From an uncultured bacterium (lineage in GTDB: Bacteria; Bacillota_I; Bacilli_A; RFN20; CAG-826), in the NCBI GenBank assembly GCA_949297305.1, contig CASFSG010000018.1, positions 4,901-68,900 of the forward strand: a stretch of DNA of 64,000 bases, given 5' to 3'. The position numbers were made by a program, and so were the translations under genes. How positions within the stretch are numbered: the first letter of the stretch is position 1; every line of letters begins with the position of its first letter. Below are positions 49,752-58,589 of this stretch, piece after piece. The notes below the pieces were generated by a model. That model was not told the origin of the DNA, did not search any database, and worked only from the letters and a program-made list of their open reading frames with translations.

Positions 49752-51434
49752 ATGAAAAAAGGTTTTGTTTTTTTACCTTTAGTGATGGTTTTATTAACTA
49801 GTTGCCCTGCTAGTGAGGAATCATCGAATGCTCCTTCCCTTACTTTGAGTGAAGAAGATAAAATCCGCCCTTCTTCTACGAATTTAGAATACGAAGATTA
49901 TGGTTTAAATAGCGATAATAATTTCGCTTATAACGAAGAAAAATTCTATCGTAACGATTTAGAAATTCGTCTCCCTGATCCAGCTGTATTTTATGAGGAC
50001 GGTTTATATTATATTTATGGGACAACTGATCGAACGGGAGCAAAATCATTCGATTGCTATACGACGAGCGATTTTAATAATTATATAGCGTATCACGATG
50101 TCTTTAAGCCGAGTGAAGATTCGTGGGGAAATGATTCTTTATTCGCTCCTGAATTATATAAATTTGATGATACTTATTATTTGTATTATTCCGCCAAAAA
50201 TGTCGGTAGCAGTGGCGTCTCTACTAATAGTGCAATTATGGTTGCGACTGCCGATAATCCTTTAGGCCCTTTTAAAGAATATCAAGGCGAAGACGCGAAT
50301 GGAAAATACCTTGATGGTAAAGCCGATGGGATGTTTTGGGATATCGATCGCGGAAAGATTAGCATATTAGATCAGACACTATTAGTGGATGGCCAAGATA
50401 TTTATATGTATTATTCGATATATGATACGAATGTCATGCAATATATCGTCGGGGTAAAAATGATTGACCCCGTGACACCTGATTGGGATAGTTATCAAAT
50501 ATTATTAAGACCGGGAGCTTTATCACCTGATAATGAATACGATAAAACTTTAACTTGGGAATGCTTCCAGGGCTTTAGAGTTGCTGAGGGTCCACAAGTC
50601 ACCAAAACTCCCGCTGGTAAATATATGCTCTCTTATAGCGTCAACCATTATCCTGATATGTATTACACCGTTTGTTATGCCTTGAGCGATTCGCCGTTAG
50701 GAACATATGTTAAACCTTATACTCGCGGAGGCTATTGGACGAATATTTTATTTGGTTATGGTGGCACAAAAAGTGGAACTACATATAACCAATGGCAGGG
50801 CTTTATGGGTGGAACTGCCCATCATTTTATTTTTAAAGTTGGCGAACAATATATGATTGCTTATCATGCTTTAGTCAACCGTAAAGATATCTCTAGCGGT
50901 CGAGGTGTCGGTATTGATTATTTATTCTTTGACGAGGAAGGTAATCCTTATGTTCATGGTCCTTCTTATGCGGTGATGCCTCTTCCTAGTGCACTTAGCG
51001 GTTATTCCAATATTGCCCTAGGTGCTGCAATTGCTAGTGAAGGTGTCACCAATCCTGAAAGATTAAATGATAATTTTATCGTTGAACATTACAATTTAGC
51101 AGCCGAACAAGACAAAGAAGCTTCTTTAAGTCGTACTTCTTATGTCAAGCTTCAGTTTGACCGAGAATATCATGTTGGTGGTATCTTAATTTATAATTCG
51201 GCATATTTTGATTATTTTATTGAAGAAATAAGTTTTATTAAGTTTAGCGATAATCAAGCAATTTTAGATGGACAATTTTTAAATAGTCACATCAATAATC
51301 GTTATGAATTTGTTAATCCTTGCACTTCCTTTGCCTTTGATTTAGCTGAAGATGTTTTAACCGATTCAATTGTTATTGGTTTTGATAATTCATATGATTT
51401 TCAATTAAATGAAATTATAGTTATGGGGTATTAA
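49752..51434 (+). CDS. Lipoprotein GH43 with C-terminal accessory domain
   Basis: Lipobox LTSC; PDPA, FAPE, ILD, AEGP, AHH. Confidence 0.87.
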   Translation: MKKGFVFLPLVMVLLTSCPASEESSNAPSLTLSEEDKIRPSSTNLEYEDYGLNSDNNFAYNEEKFYRNDLEIRLPDPAVFYEDGLYYIYGTTDRTGAKSFDCYTTSDFNNYIAYHDVFKPSEDSWGNDSLFAPELYKFDDTYYLYYSAKNVGSSGVSTNSAIMVATADNPLGPFKEYQGEDANGKYLDGKADGMFWDIDRGKISILDQTLLVDGQDIYMYYSIYDTNVMQYIVGVKMIDPVTPDWDSYQILLRPGALSPDNEYDKTLTWECFQGFRVAEGPQVTKTPAGKYMLSYSVNHYPDMYYTVCYALSDSPLGTYVKPYTRGGYWTNILFGYGGTKSGTTYNQWQGFMGGTAHHFIFKVGEQYMIAYHALVNRKDISSGRGVGIDYLFFDEEGNPYVHGPSYAVMPLPSALSGYSNIALGAAIASEGVTNPERLNDNFIVEHYNLAAEQDKEASLSRTSYVKLQFDREYHVGGILIYNSAYFDYFIEEISFIKFSDNQAILDGQFLNSHINNRYEFVNPCTSFAFDLAEDVLTDSIVIGFDNSYDFQLNEIIVMGY

Positions 51435-51437
51435 ATT

Positions 51438-53909
51438 ATGAAAATGAATATTAAGTCGATCTTTTTTCTCCTTTTAGCGATGTTAGTGATTCCTAGTTGC
51501 GATGATCATAATTCATCCTCGAGCGAATCACTAACGCCGCCGAGCGATTCTTTACTAAGCGAACATGATGAAATTTATGATTTTTATGATAATAGCATCG
51601 CTGTTCCCGCAGTCGGAGGTGGTGAGGCAACTTTAGCTGCTGATCCTTTCGTCTTCCGTTATAATGGTATGTATTACTTATACGCGACAACTTCAAATGG
51701 ATTTGTTCGCGGCTATCAATCACTAGACATGATTCATTGGGAGAAAGTTAATAATGGTGAATTAACACCAGGATATGTTTATGATTATTCGCGCGATCCT
51801 AATCGCCCTGCTAGTAGCAATCCCTTCGCTCCAGAAGTGACATATTATAATGGTTATTTTTATATGATAATGTCTCCTTCTGGCAATGGACATTACGTTT
51901 TAAAAAGTCGAACTCCCGATGGCCCGTTTGAAGCTGTTAGCGGCAATATTGGACATAGCATCGATGGTCATTATTTTATCGATAATAATGATGGCGAAGA
52001 TGAAGTTTATATGTTTTACGCTGGCGCTGGTGGCATCAATATCACCAAAATGGAAAAGGATTTCTATTCTTTAAAAGCTGAAAACGGTTCGACACGAGAA
52101 GTAACTTTGCTCGAAGCTAAAATCGGTGGTTGGAATGAAGGACCTTATATGTTAAAGAAAGATGGTAACTATTATCTAACCTTTACTGGTTCTCATTATT
52201 TGACCCCCTCTTATCGCGTTGACTACGCTTTTGTTCCTAGTGGTGAAGATATTATGAAAAATTCTTCTTATACGAACAAAGGTCACGTTTTAGTGAATAC
52301 CGATAATCGTCAATTTATGGCGACTGGTCATTCTTCGACAGTTTTAGGTCCAGATTTAGATTCATACTATATTGTTTATCATAATTTAACGAGCTCGAAT
52401 CAAAGATTTTATAATTTTTCTCGTTTATCGTTTAATGGTTCGAGAATGGTTGCAAATAGTGTGCGTGTCGAAGAAAATATCGCGCCTAATTTGCCTGAAT
52501 TTTCTTCCTATGAAGGTGAAGGTATGTCGCGAAATGGTGATTTCTTATTATCTAATTTTGCTAGCGAAGACACTTTCAGTGCTGAATATAATGTTAGTGG
52601 CACCGGAAAAATGATTTTCTCTTATCATGACGATAATAATTATGGATATGCTCAAATTACTGATGATTGCACCTTAGATGTTTATAGTGTTAATAATGGT
52701 AGCGCTAGTGAAGTAGCATCTATTTATTTTAATAGCGATATTGACCCTTATGTTAATCACACTGTGCGTTTATCTTATCGCGATGGTTTGATGGATATTT
52801 ATTTTGATACGATGGAAATGGCTAATGATGTCACTTGTTCATTTAAAGGCGGGAAGGTCGGCATTAGTGAAGACGATTTTGATGAATATGGTTATCTAGC
52901 TTTTTCTAATGTCGGTAATGGCTCTAGTGATAATTTAGCTTATAACACCGACATCATTTTAGCTAACGCTTATGACAAAGAGCGCTCTTATTTAACTAAC
53001 GGTTCTTCTTTGGTGGAAGTTAATGAAGAAGGAGAATATTTAGATACATATTCTTATAATTTAAATTTAAAAAATCAAAACGATCGAGCAGTTTATCGCG
53101 TCTATATTCCTTCTAGTGCGACTGAATTCTACAATTTAGAATTCCGCCTACCGGCCGCTAATTTGAATAAGACTGTTGGCATTCGTTTGGATGATGGGGA
53201 AATTATTAATTATACTTTCGAAGGTCAAACCCCTGTTTTTAGAAACGGCGATGTCACCATTTCACTAAATGATATTTATATTCCAGAAGGACAACATTAT
53301 TTAAGTGTTTATAATGTTGGTGAGGAGATTTCTTTTTCTAAAATTGAACTCAAACCTTGCTATGATTCACCTGAATTTGATTTAGATTTTGCTTCTATGA
53401 CGAATTATACAACTGTCGGTAATCTATCCTTTAACGGTAGTAGCGTTTCTTTTAATGAACAAAGTGCCGCGGGTGCTTTATATAATAACGATTATGTTAG
53501 CGGCACCTATACTATTGAGGCTAATGTCAAAGTTAACTCACTAGCGACTAGTGGTTATGTTGGCTTATTATTTAATGCCCAATATTTATCGCAAGCTTAT
53601 CGTGAAGACGCTGATCGCGGTAGCAATGCGAACTCATTTAATGGCTATCGTCTACAATTGGAAGATGGTTCTTTGACCCTAAACTATGTTGATTTTAATA
53701 ATGTTGAATTTATTGATAGTTATGATTTAGATGTGACATTAAATCGTAGCTATGACCTTTATGTTGAACTTCATAACAACACAATTACCGTCTTTTTAGG
53801 TGAGGAAGAAGTTATTTCAACTGCCTTAAATGTTGGTCCTCTTTCTGGTAAGGTTGGATTTATGGCTATGAACGCGAGTGGAGAAGTAGCCAATTTTAGC
53901 GTTTATTAA
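51438..53909 (+). CDS. Lipoprotein GH43 with multiple C-terminal beta-sandwich domains
   Basis: Signal ending IPSC; ADPF, FAPE, IDG, NEGP, TGH. Confidence 0.88.
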   Translation: MKMNIKSIFFLLLAMLVIPSCDDHNSSSSESLTPPSDSLLSEHDEIYDFYDNSIAVPAVGGGEATLAADPFVFRYNGMYYLYATTSNGFVRGYQSLDMIHWEKVNNGELTPGYVYDYSRDPNRPASSNPFAPEVTYYNGYFYMIMSPSGNGHYVLKSRTPDGPFEAVSGNIGHSIDGHYFIDNNDGEDEVYMFYAGAGGINITKMEKDFYSLKAENGSTREVTLLEAKIGGWNEGPYMLKKDGNYYLTFTGSHYLTPSYRVDYAFVPSGEDIMKNSSYTNKGHVLVNTDNRQFMATGHSSTVLGPDLDSYYIVYHNLTSSNQRFYNFSRLSFNGSRMVANSVRVEENIAPNLPEFSSYEGEGMSRNGDFLLSNFASEDTFSAEYNVSGTGKMIFSYHDDNNYGYAQITDDCTLDVYSVNNGSASEVASIYFNSDIDPYVNHTVRLSYRDGLMDIYFDTMEMANDVTCSFKGGKVGISEDDFDEYGYLAFSNVGNGSSDNLAYNTDIILANAYDKERSYLTNGSSLVEVNEEGEYLDTYSYNLNLKNQNDRAVYRVYIPSSATEFYNLEFRLPAANLNKTVGIRLDDGEIINYTFEGQTPVFRNGDVTISLNDIYIPEGQHYLSVYNVGEEISFSKIELKPCYDSPEFDLDFASMTNYTTVGNLSFNGSSVSFNEQSAAGALYNNDYVSGTYTIEANVKVNSLATSGYVGLLFNAQYLSQAYREDADRGSNANSFNGYRLQLEDGSLTLNYVDFNNVEFIDSYDLDVTLNRSYDLYVELHNNTITVFLGEEEVISTALNVGPLSGKVGFMAMNASGEVANFSVY

Positions 53910-53920
53910 GGCGAGGTTAA

Positions 53921-54910
53921 ATGATGTTTAAACTAGAAAAAATATTTTGTTTATCCCTAGGGGTAATTAGTTTAATGGGTAGTGGTTGTGCCGATAATAA
54001 TCTTTCTAGCGAATCTAGTCAATCTAATAGTGAATCGACTATGGAAGTACCTTTAGGTCAAGTCTATTTTGGTAAGATGTATTTATATGGTTCAACATAT
54101 TCCTCATTAGAAGTGAGACCAATTTTTAGTGTAGCAAAAAGAGCGGAGCTTGAACATTTTGTTTATTCATCGGAAAGCGATATTGTCGAAATTGTTGGCG
54201 ATGTGATTACTTATGTAAAACCAGGAAGGGCGACAATTAATGCTAAAAGTGAAAATTTTGAAAAAACTTTCACGGTGCAATGTGTAGAAAACTATAATTT
54301 TGTTAATCAAGTTAATAATATTCACACTTTATATCGACAAGATGATTCTTCTAGTAACGCGACGTTATTTTTAGGTGATTCTTTCTTTGAGTTTTGGCGA
54401 AATAATGTTAATAACCGAAGTTTTAAAGAAGATTTTAAGGGGTACGATGTCTTTAATGCTGGTATAAGCGCGACCCAAACTCATCACTTGCGACCTTTTA
54501 TTCAAAACGATTTGCTTAATATGTTTGATGTACCAAAAAACATCATCGTCAATATTGGTATCAATAATGTCGACGATAACTACGAAAACGGTCTCGATTG
54601 TGGCGTTAATGTTTTATCGTTATTAGAAGACTTGCATCACTACTTTCCTGATTCAAATATTTATTATTTTTCAATTACGCGTTGCACTGGTCTATTTGCT
54701 GCGAATTGGGATGATCATTCATTATCTAATACTTTTGTAAGTAATTATATTGCTAGTCGTTCATATTTGAACTATTTAGATGTGATGTCGCTATATGGTG
54801 ATGATTATGCTTTATATTTAGCCGATGGTCTTCACCCCAACAAAGAAGGTTATCAACATTTCTATGATTTAATTATGGCGAATGTTGAGTTAGAATTATT
54901 AGATGAATAA
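53921..54910 (+). CDS. Lipoprotein SGNH/GDSL esterase with Ig-like domain
   Basis: Signal ending GSGC; LGDS, NAGI, GINN, DGLHP. Confidence 0.88.
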   Translation: MMFKLEKIFCLSLGVISLMGSGCADNNLSSESSQSNSESTMEVPLGQVYFGKMYLYGSTYSSLEVRPIFSVAKRAELEHFVYSSESDIVEIVGDVITYVKPGRATINAKSENFEKTFTVQCVENYNFVNQVNNIHTLYRQDDSSSNATLFLGDSFFEFWRNNVNNRSFKEDFKGYDVFNAGISATQTHHLRPFIQNDLLNMFDVPKNIIVNIGINNVDDNYENGLDCGVNVLSLLEDLHHYFPDSNIYYFSITRCTGLFAANWDDHSLSNTFVSNYIASRSYLNYLDVMSLYGDDYALYLADGLHPNKEGYQHFYDLIMANVELELLDE

Positions 54911-55703
54911 AACAATATACTTAAATAACTATTTAAAACTTGAATATTTTTTTACTAGCAACGCTTTAAGGGATAATTATCATGCGATTTTAATTTTACC
55001 CGGTGGTGGCTATGGATTTTTGGCCAGCGACCGTGAAGGGGAAAGCTATGCGAATTATTTTTCACAATTAGGGTTTGTTGCTTTCGTTTTAAATTATTCG
55101 GTTTATCCTAAGACATTTCCTACGCAAATCCTGGAAGTTTATCAAGCTTTAAAATTCATTAAAGAAGATTTTAAAGAAGTAAAATTAAGTGATAAATTAT
55201 TCATTATTGGTTCAAGTGCTGGAGGGCATCTCGCTCTTAATTCTCAAACGATAACAAATCATCAAGATTTTTTAGATAAACATCATTTAAAGAAAGAAAT
55301 TTTTAAGATTAGTGGTCTCATTTTATGTTATCCAGTAACTAGCCCTCATCGAGCAATAACGCACGGAAAGACTTACGATAATCTTTTAAGTGACGTCAAT
55401 AGCAAAGAAGCAATCTCTTTAACAAATTTAGTTGAAGAAATACACGAAGAGATTTCACCTATTTTTTGTTATGCGACTTATCAGGATGACTTGATTGAAA
55501 TAGAAAATTCTTTGTTGCTCGCTTTAAGTGCTAAAAAGCACCATGTCAATATTGAATTGCATATCTTTTCGTTGGGTCAGCATGGCTTATCGCTGGGCGA
55601 TAAATTCAATAATCCTGGAACTGAAGATAATGTTATTGAATTAGTGAGTTCTTGGCCGTTATTATTAAAAAAATGGTTAAAGGCTAATTTCGATATTTTT
55701 TAA
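54903..55703 (+). CDS. Alpha/beta-hydrolase carbohydrate esterase (acetyl/feruloyl esterase-like)
   Basis: LPGGGY, GSSAGGH, DD, HG. Confidence 0.85.
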   Translation: MNKTIYLNNYLKLEYFFTSNALRDNYHAILILPGGGYGFLASDREGESYANYFSQLGFVAFVLNYSVYPKTFPTQILEVYQALKFIKEDFKEVKLSDKLFIIGSSAGGHLALNSQTITNHQDFLDKHHLKKEIFKISGLILCYPVTSPHRAITHGKTYDNLLSDVNSKEAISLTNLVEEIHEEISPIFCYATYQDDLIEIENSLLLALSAKKHHVNIELHIFSLGQHGLSLGDKFNNPGTEDNVIELVSSWPLLLKKWLKANFDIF

Positions 55704-56455
55704 ATATTTATTTCTAGTAGAACCGGACAATGATCCGACCCATGAATTTCATTTATTATTTCAGCGCATCTAATCTTTTCTTTCAAGCAATTGCTTACTA
55801 AATAATAATCAATTCGCCAACCGATATTCCTTTCTCTTGATTTATAGCGATATGACCACCAAGAATATTTTATTTTTTCGGGATGTAAATAACGGAAAGT
55901 GTCTAAAAAGCCATTTTCTAACAAGATAGAAAATTTTTCTCTTTCTTCGTTTGTAAAACCCGGATTCAAATGATTCGCTTGTGGGTTTTTTAAATCAATT
56001 TCTTGATGTGCGACATTTAAATCGCCAGTGTATATCACTGGCTTTTTTAGATTTAATGCATTTAAATATGAACGCATCTCGTCTTCAAATTCTAAGCGAA
56101 AATTTATGCGTTTAAGAGCTTCGCCGCTATTTGGAACATAAGCAGCGACAAAATAAAACATTGGATATTCTAAAGTGATAACCCTTCCTTCTATGTCATA
56201 GCGATGATCTTTTAAGCCATAATGGATGGATAATGGTTCCTTTTTTGTTAATATAGCGACTCCCGAATAGCCCTTTTTAATTTTAGAATTAGTAAAATAT
56301 ACATGATAACCTTCTATATAAAAAGGAAAATTCTCATCGCTTAGTTTAGTTTCTAATAAAACAAAAATATCAGCGTTAAGCGCTTGGAAATCTTTGATAA
56401 AATCTTTTTTTAAAATGGCTCTTAGACCATTGACATTAAATGTGACGCATTTCAT
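55700..56455 (-). CDS. xth: Exodeoxyribonuclease III / AP endonuclease
   Basis: FNVNGLR, ETK, GYSGVA, EGR, YVPN, GDLNVAH, WRIDY, SDHCP. Confidence 0.96.
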   Translation of the reverse strand: MKCVTFNVNGLRAILKKDFIKDFQALNADIFVLLETKLSDENFPFYIEGYHVYFTNSKIKKGYSGVAILTKKEPLSIHYGLKDHRYDIEGRVITLEYPMFYFVAAYVPNSGEALKRINFRLEFEDEMRSYLNALNLKKPVIYTGDLNVAHQEIDLKNPQANHLNPGFTNEEREKFSILLENGFLDTFRYLHPEKIKYSWWSYRYKSRERNIGWRIDYYLVSNCLKEKIRCAEIINEIHGSDHCPVLLEINI

Positions 56456-57750
56456 TTTTTAAATAAATATAAGGGTAAAGATGTTTTAAGAAGATGGTTG
56501 GAGATGATAACTTCTTTATTCGTTAAATAGTTAATATAAATCCCATCTTCTAAATCATCATCAAAAATCTTTACATTGTTTTTTAATGGAAAAATTCCAT
56601 AAGCTTTTTGACCATTTGAATAATAGTTAGTAATTAATAAATAAGCGCCATCTTTTAATGAAGGGAGCGATAAGAGAAGTTCGCGACTAATTTGATCCTT
56701 TTTATAAACGATTAGTCTTCTAATAAAGTTGAACCAATCTTCATCAATTGACCAATCTAGTGAATCTTTGTTAAAAAGATTTAAGACCTTTTTAGCTTTG
56801 GTTTCTAAGCCGTTATAAATAAACATTGGACCTTTCATAAAAGGTGTCATAGCGGCTAAAGACATCATTATATTTTTCTTTTTACTAAATTCGTAGATGC
56901 GTTTTTGATCATGGTTTTCTAGACCACGAATTCGTAAAGAATCTTTAGGATTTGCACTGTTTTCGTGCAAAAGCGCCATTTTAAAAACATTTAAATCGTT
57001 TAAATTGCCGTTTTCTAAATAGGAGCGAAGATATGGATAACAATCATACATATATAACATGTCAAAACCTAGTTGATACAATTCACCATCGCTTAAACAA
57101 CTAATATTACGACTCCTTAAATACCCATTGAAACTAGGTTCCACACTTTCTCCTAATAAAATTGTATTTGGATATTTCTCTAGGAGCATTTTTTGTAATT
57201 TTTCTAAAAATTTTCTGCTCAATAATGAAACGACATCGAAACGATATCCATCAATTCCTAAAGAACTATAATAATCGATTACATCAACTAAATAATTGCA
57301 TAGTTCATCGTTTTCTAAATCTAAATCGTAAACATCTGACCAATCACCCACCTTGTTAGCCATTTGGCCATTTTTATCACGATACATCCAATCTGGATGA
57401 ACTAAAGAAATTTTTGAATCGCGCGAGGTATGATTAAAGACGATATCAATGATGATTTTCATCTTTTTTGCGTGAGTATTGATTATTAAATTAGTTAAAT
57501 CATCCAAAGTGCCTAATTCAGGATTAATCGCTAAATAATCTTCAATAGCATAAGGGCTTCCTAGTTTACCTTTGCGATTTAATTTTCCGATTGGAGAGAT
57601 TGGTAATAAATAGATTATATCTACACCTAAATCTTTTAGATAATCTAATTTTTCGCTTATAGCATTAAATGTTCCTTCGCGCGTAAAGTTGCGAGTGTAT
57701 ATTTGATAAATAACTTTATTTGCTAATTCATCTTTGTAATTATTAAACAT
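56452..57750 (-). CDS. GH13 alpha-amylase family glycosidase
   Basis: GSPYAI, DIVFNHT, GYRFDV, LGE, LENHD. Confidence 0.92.
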   Translation of the reverse strand: MFNNYKDELANKVIYQIYTRNFTREGTFNAISEKLDYLKDLGVDIIYLLPISPIGKLNRKGKLGSPYAIEDYLAINPELGTLDDLTNLIINTHAKKMKIIIDIVFNHTSRDSKISLVHPDWMYRDKNGQMANKVGDWSDVYDLDLENDELCNYLVDVIDYYSSLGIDGYRFDVVSLLSRKFLEKLQKMLLEKYPNTILLGESVEPSFNGYLRSRNISCLSDGELYQLGFDMLYMYDCYPYLRSYLENGNLNDLNVFKMALLHENSANPKDSLRIRGLENHDQKRIYEFSKKKNIMMSLAAMTPFMKGPMFIYNGLETKAKKVLNLFNKDSLDWSIDEDWFNFIRRLIVYKKDQISRELLLSLPSLKDGAYLLITNYYSNGQKAYGIFPLKNNVKIFDDDLEDGIYINYLTNKEVIISNHLLKTSLPLYLFKK

Positions 57751-57755
57751 CTTTT

Positions 57756-58373
57756 TTACCTAATAAAATTTGTCACTTGGTGAGAAACTTTCTCATCTAG
57801 TAGAATTTCTTCCTTTCCTTTAGCGATACTTTTTACTAAAAAATCGACATTATTGATTAATTCATAAATGTTGCTAAGTCCCTCTTTGTCATATTTAACC
57901 TCACCTTTATCTCTACCGAAGACATTATTCCAATAAAAGGATGAAGCAACTGGCATTTCGGTGATAGTAAAAAACTTGTTGAGACAATCTAATGCAAAAG
58001 TTGTGCCAGCTCGACGGGCGATTGCAATGCTTGCGCCTACTTTCATTCTTTTATCGAAATGAGTTGAATAAAATAACCTTTGCATAAAAGAAATTAGATT
58101 GCCATTTGGCATAGCATAATAAACTGGTGTTACAACAATTAAGGCATCAGCATTATCAAATAGTGGAGCGGTTTGATTCACTAAGTCATCAATCGCACAT
58201 TTTGCGTGTTGATAGCAATAAGCGCAATCTAAACAACCACGAATATTAGCCCTTCCTACTTCGATCGTATCGACATGATAATCTTTCTTTTCAAATTCGC
58301 TTTTTAATAAATTAGTAATGTGTTCACTATTGCCATTTTTTCTAGCGCTTCCATTTAAAATTAAGATATTCAT
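57756..58373 (-). CDS. Flavodoxin family / iron-sulfur flavoprotein (FMN reductase-like)
   Basis: NGSARKNGNS, CLDCAYC....C, TPVYY, RRAG. Confidence 0.88.
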   Translation of the reverse strand: MNILILNGSARKNGNSEHITNLLKSEFEKKDYHVDTIEVGRANIRGCLDCAYCYQHAKCAIDDLVNQTAPLFDNADALIVVTPVYYAMPNGNLISFMQRLFYSTHFDKRMKVGASIAIARRAGTTFALDCLNKFFTITEMPVASSFYWNNVFGRDKGEVKYDKEGLSNIYELINNVDFLVKSIAKGKEEILLDEKVSHQVTNFIR

Positions 58374-58497
58374 TTAATCACCTCTTTTTAATTATAAAAA
58401 AGATATCAATCCATTTCATTAAGAATGATTTACTTCATTCGGGCGATAAATTGCTTATATGAATATTGAAAATATTTATATATTATGGTTAAATAAC

Positions 58498-58576
58498 TTC
58501 GTTTAGGGGAGTAGCTAGCGAGGACTTCGTCAGCACGATTTATATCCGGAGCTCGTTTAAGGCAAGACCTAATGAA
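58498..58576 (+). ncRNA. yybP-ykoY (Mn2+-sensing) riboswitch
   Basis: AGGGGAGTAGC...CGTCAGCACG...TCCGG...GGCAAGACCT signature; P1 TTCGTTTAGG/CCTAATGAA; directly upstream of a P-type ATPase. Confidence 0.88.
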
Positions 58577-58589
58577 ATGGAGGTATTTT

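Noticed and set aside
55700..55703. Convergent genes sharing a TTAA stop overlap
   Set aside because: Common in compact AT-rich genomes; not informative alone.
58572..58589. ORF-track start of the P2A ATPase at 58572
   Set aside because: It lies within the riboswitch P1 stem; GGAGG at 58579-58583 points to ATG 58590.
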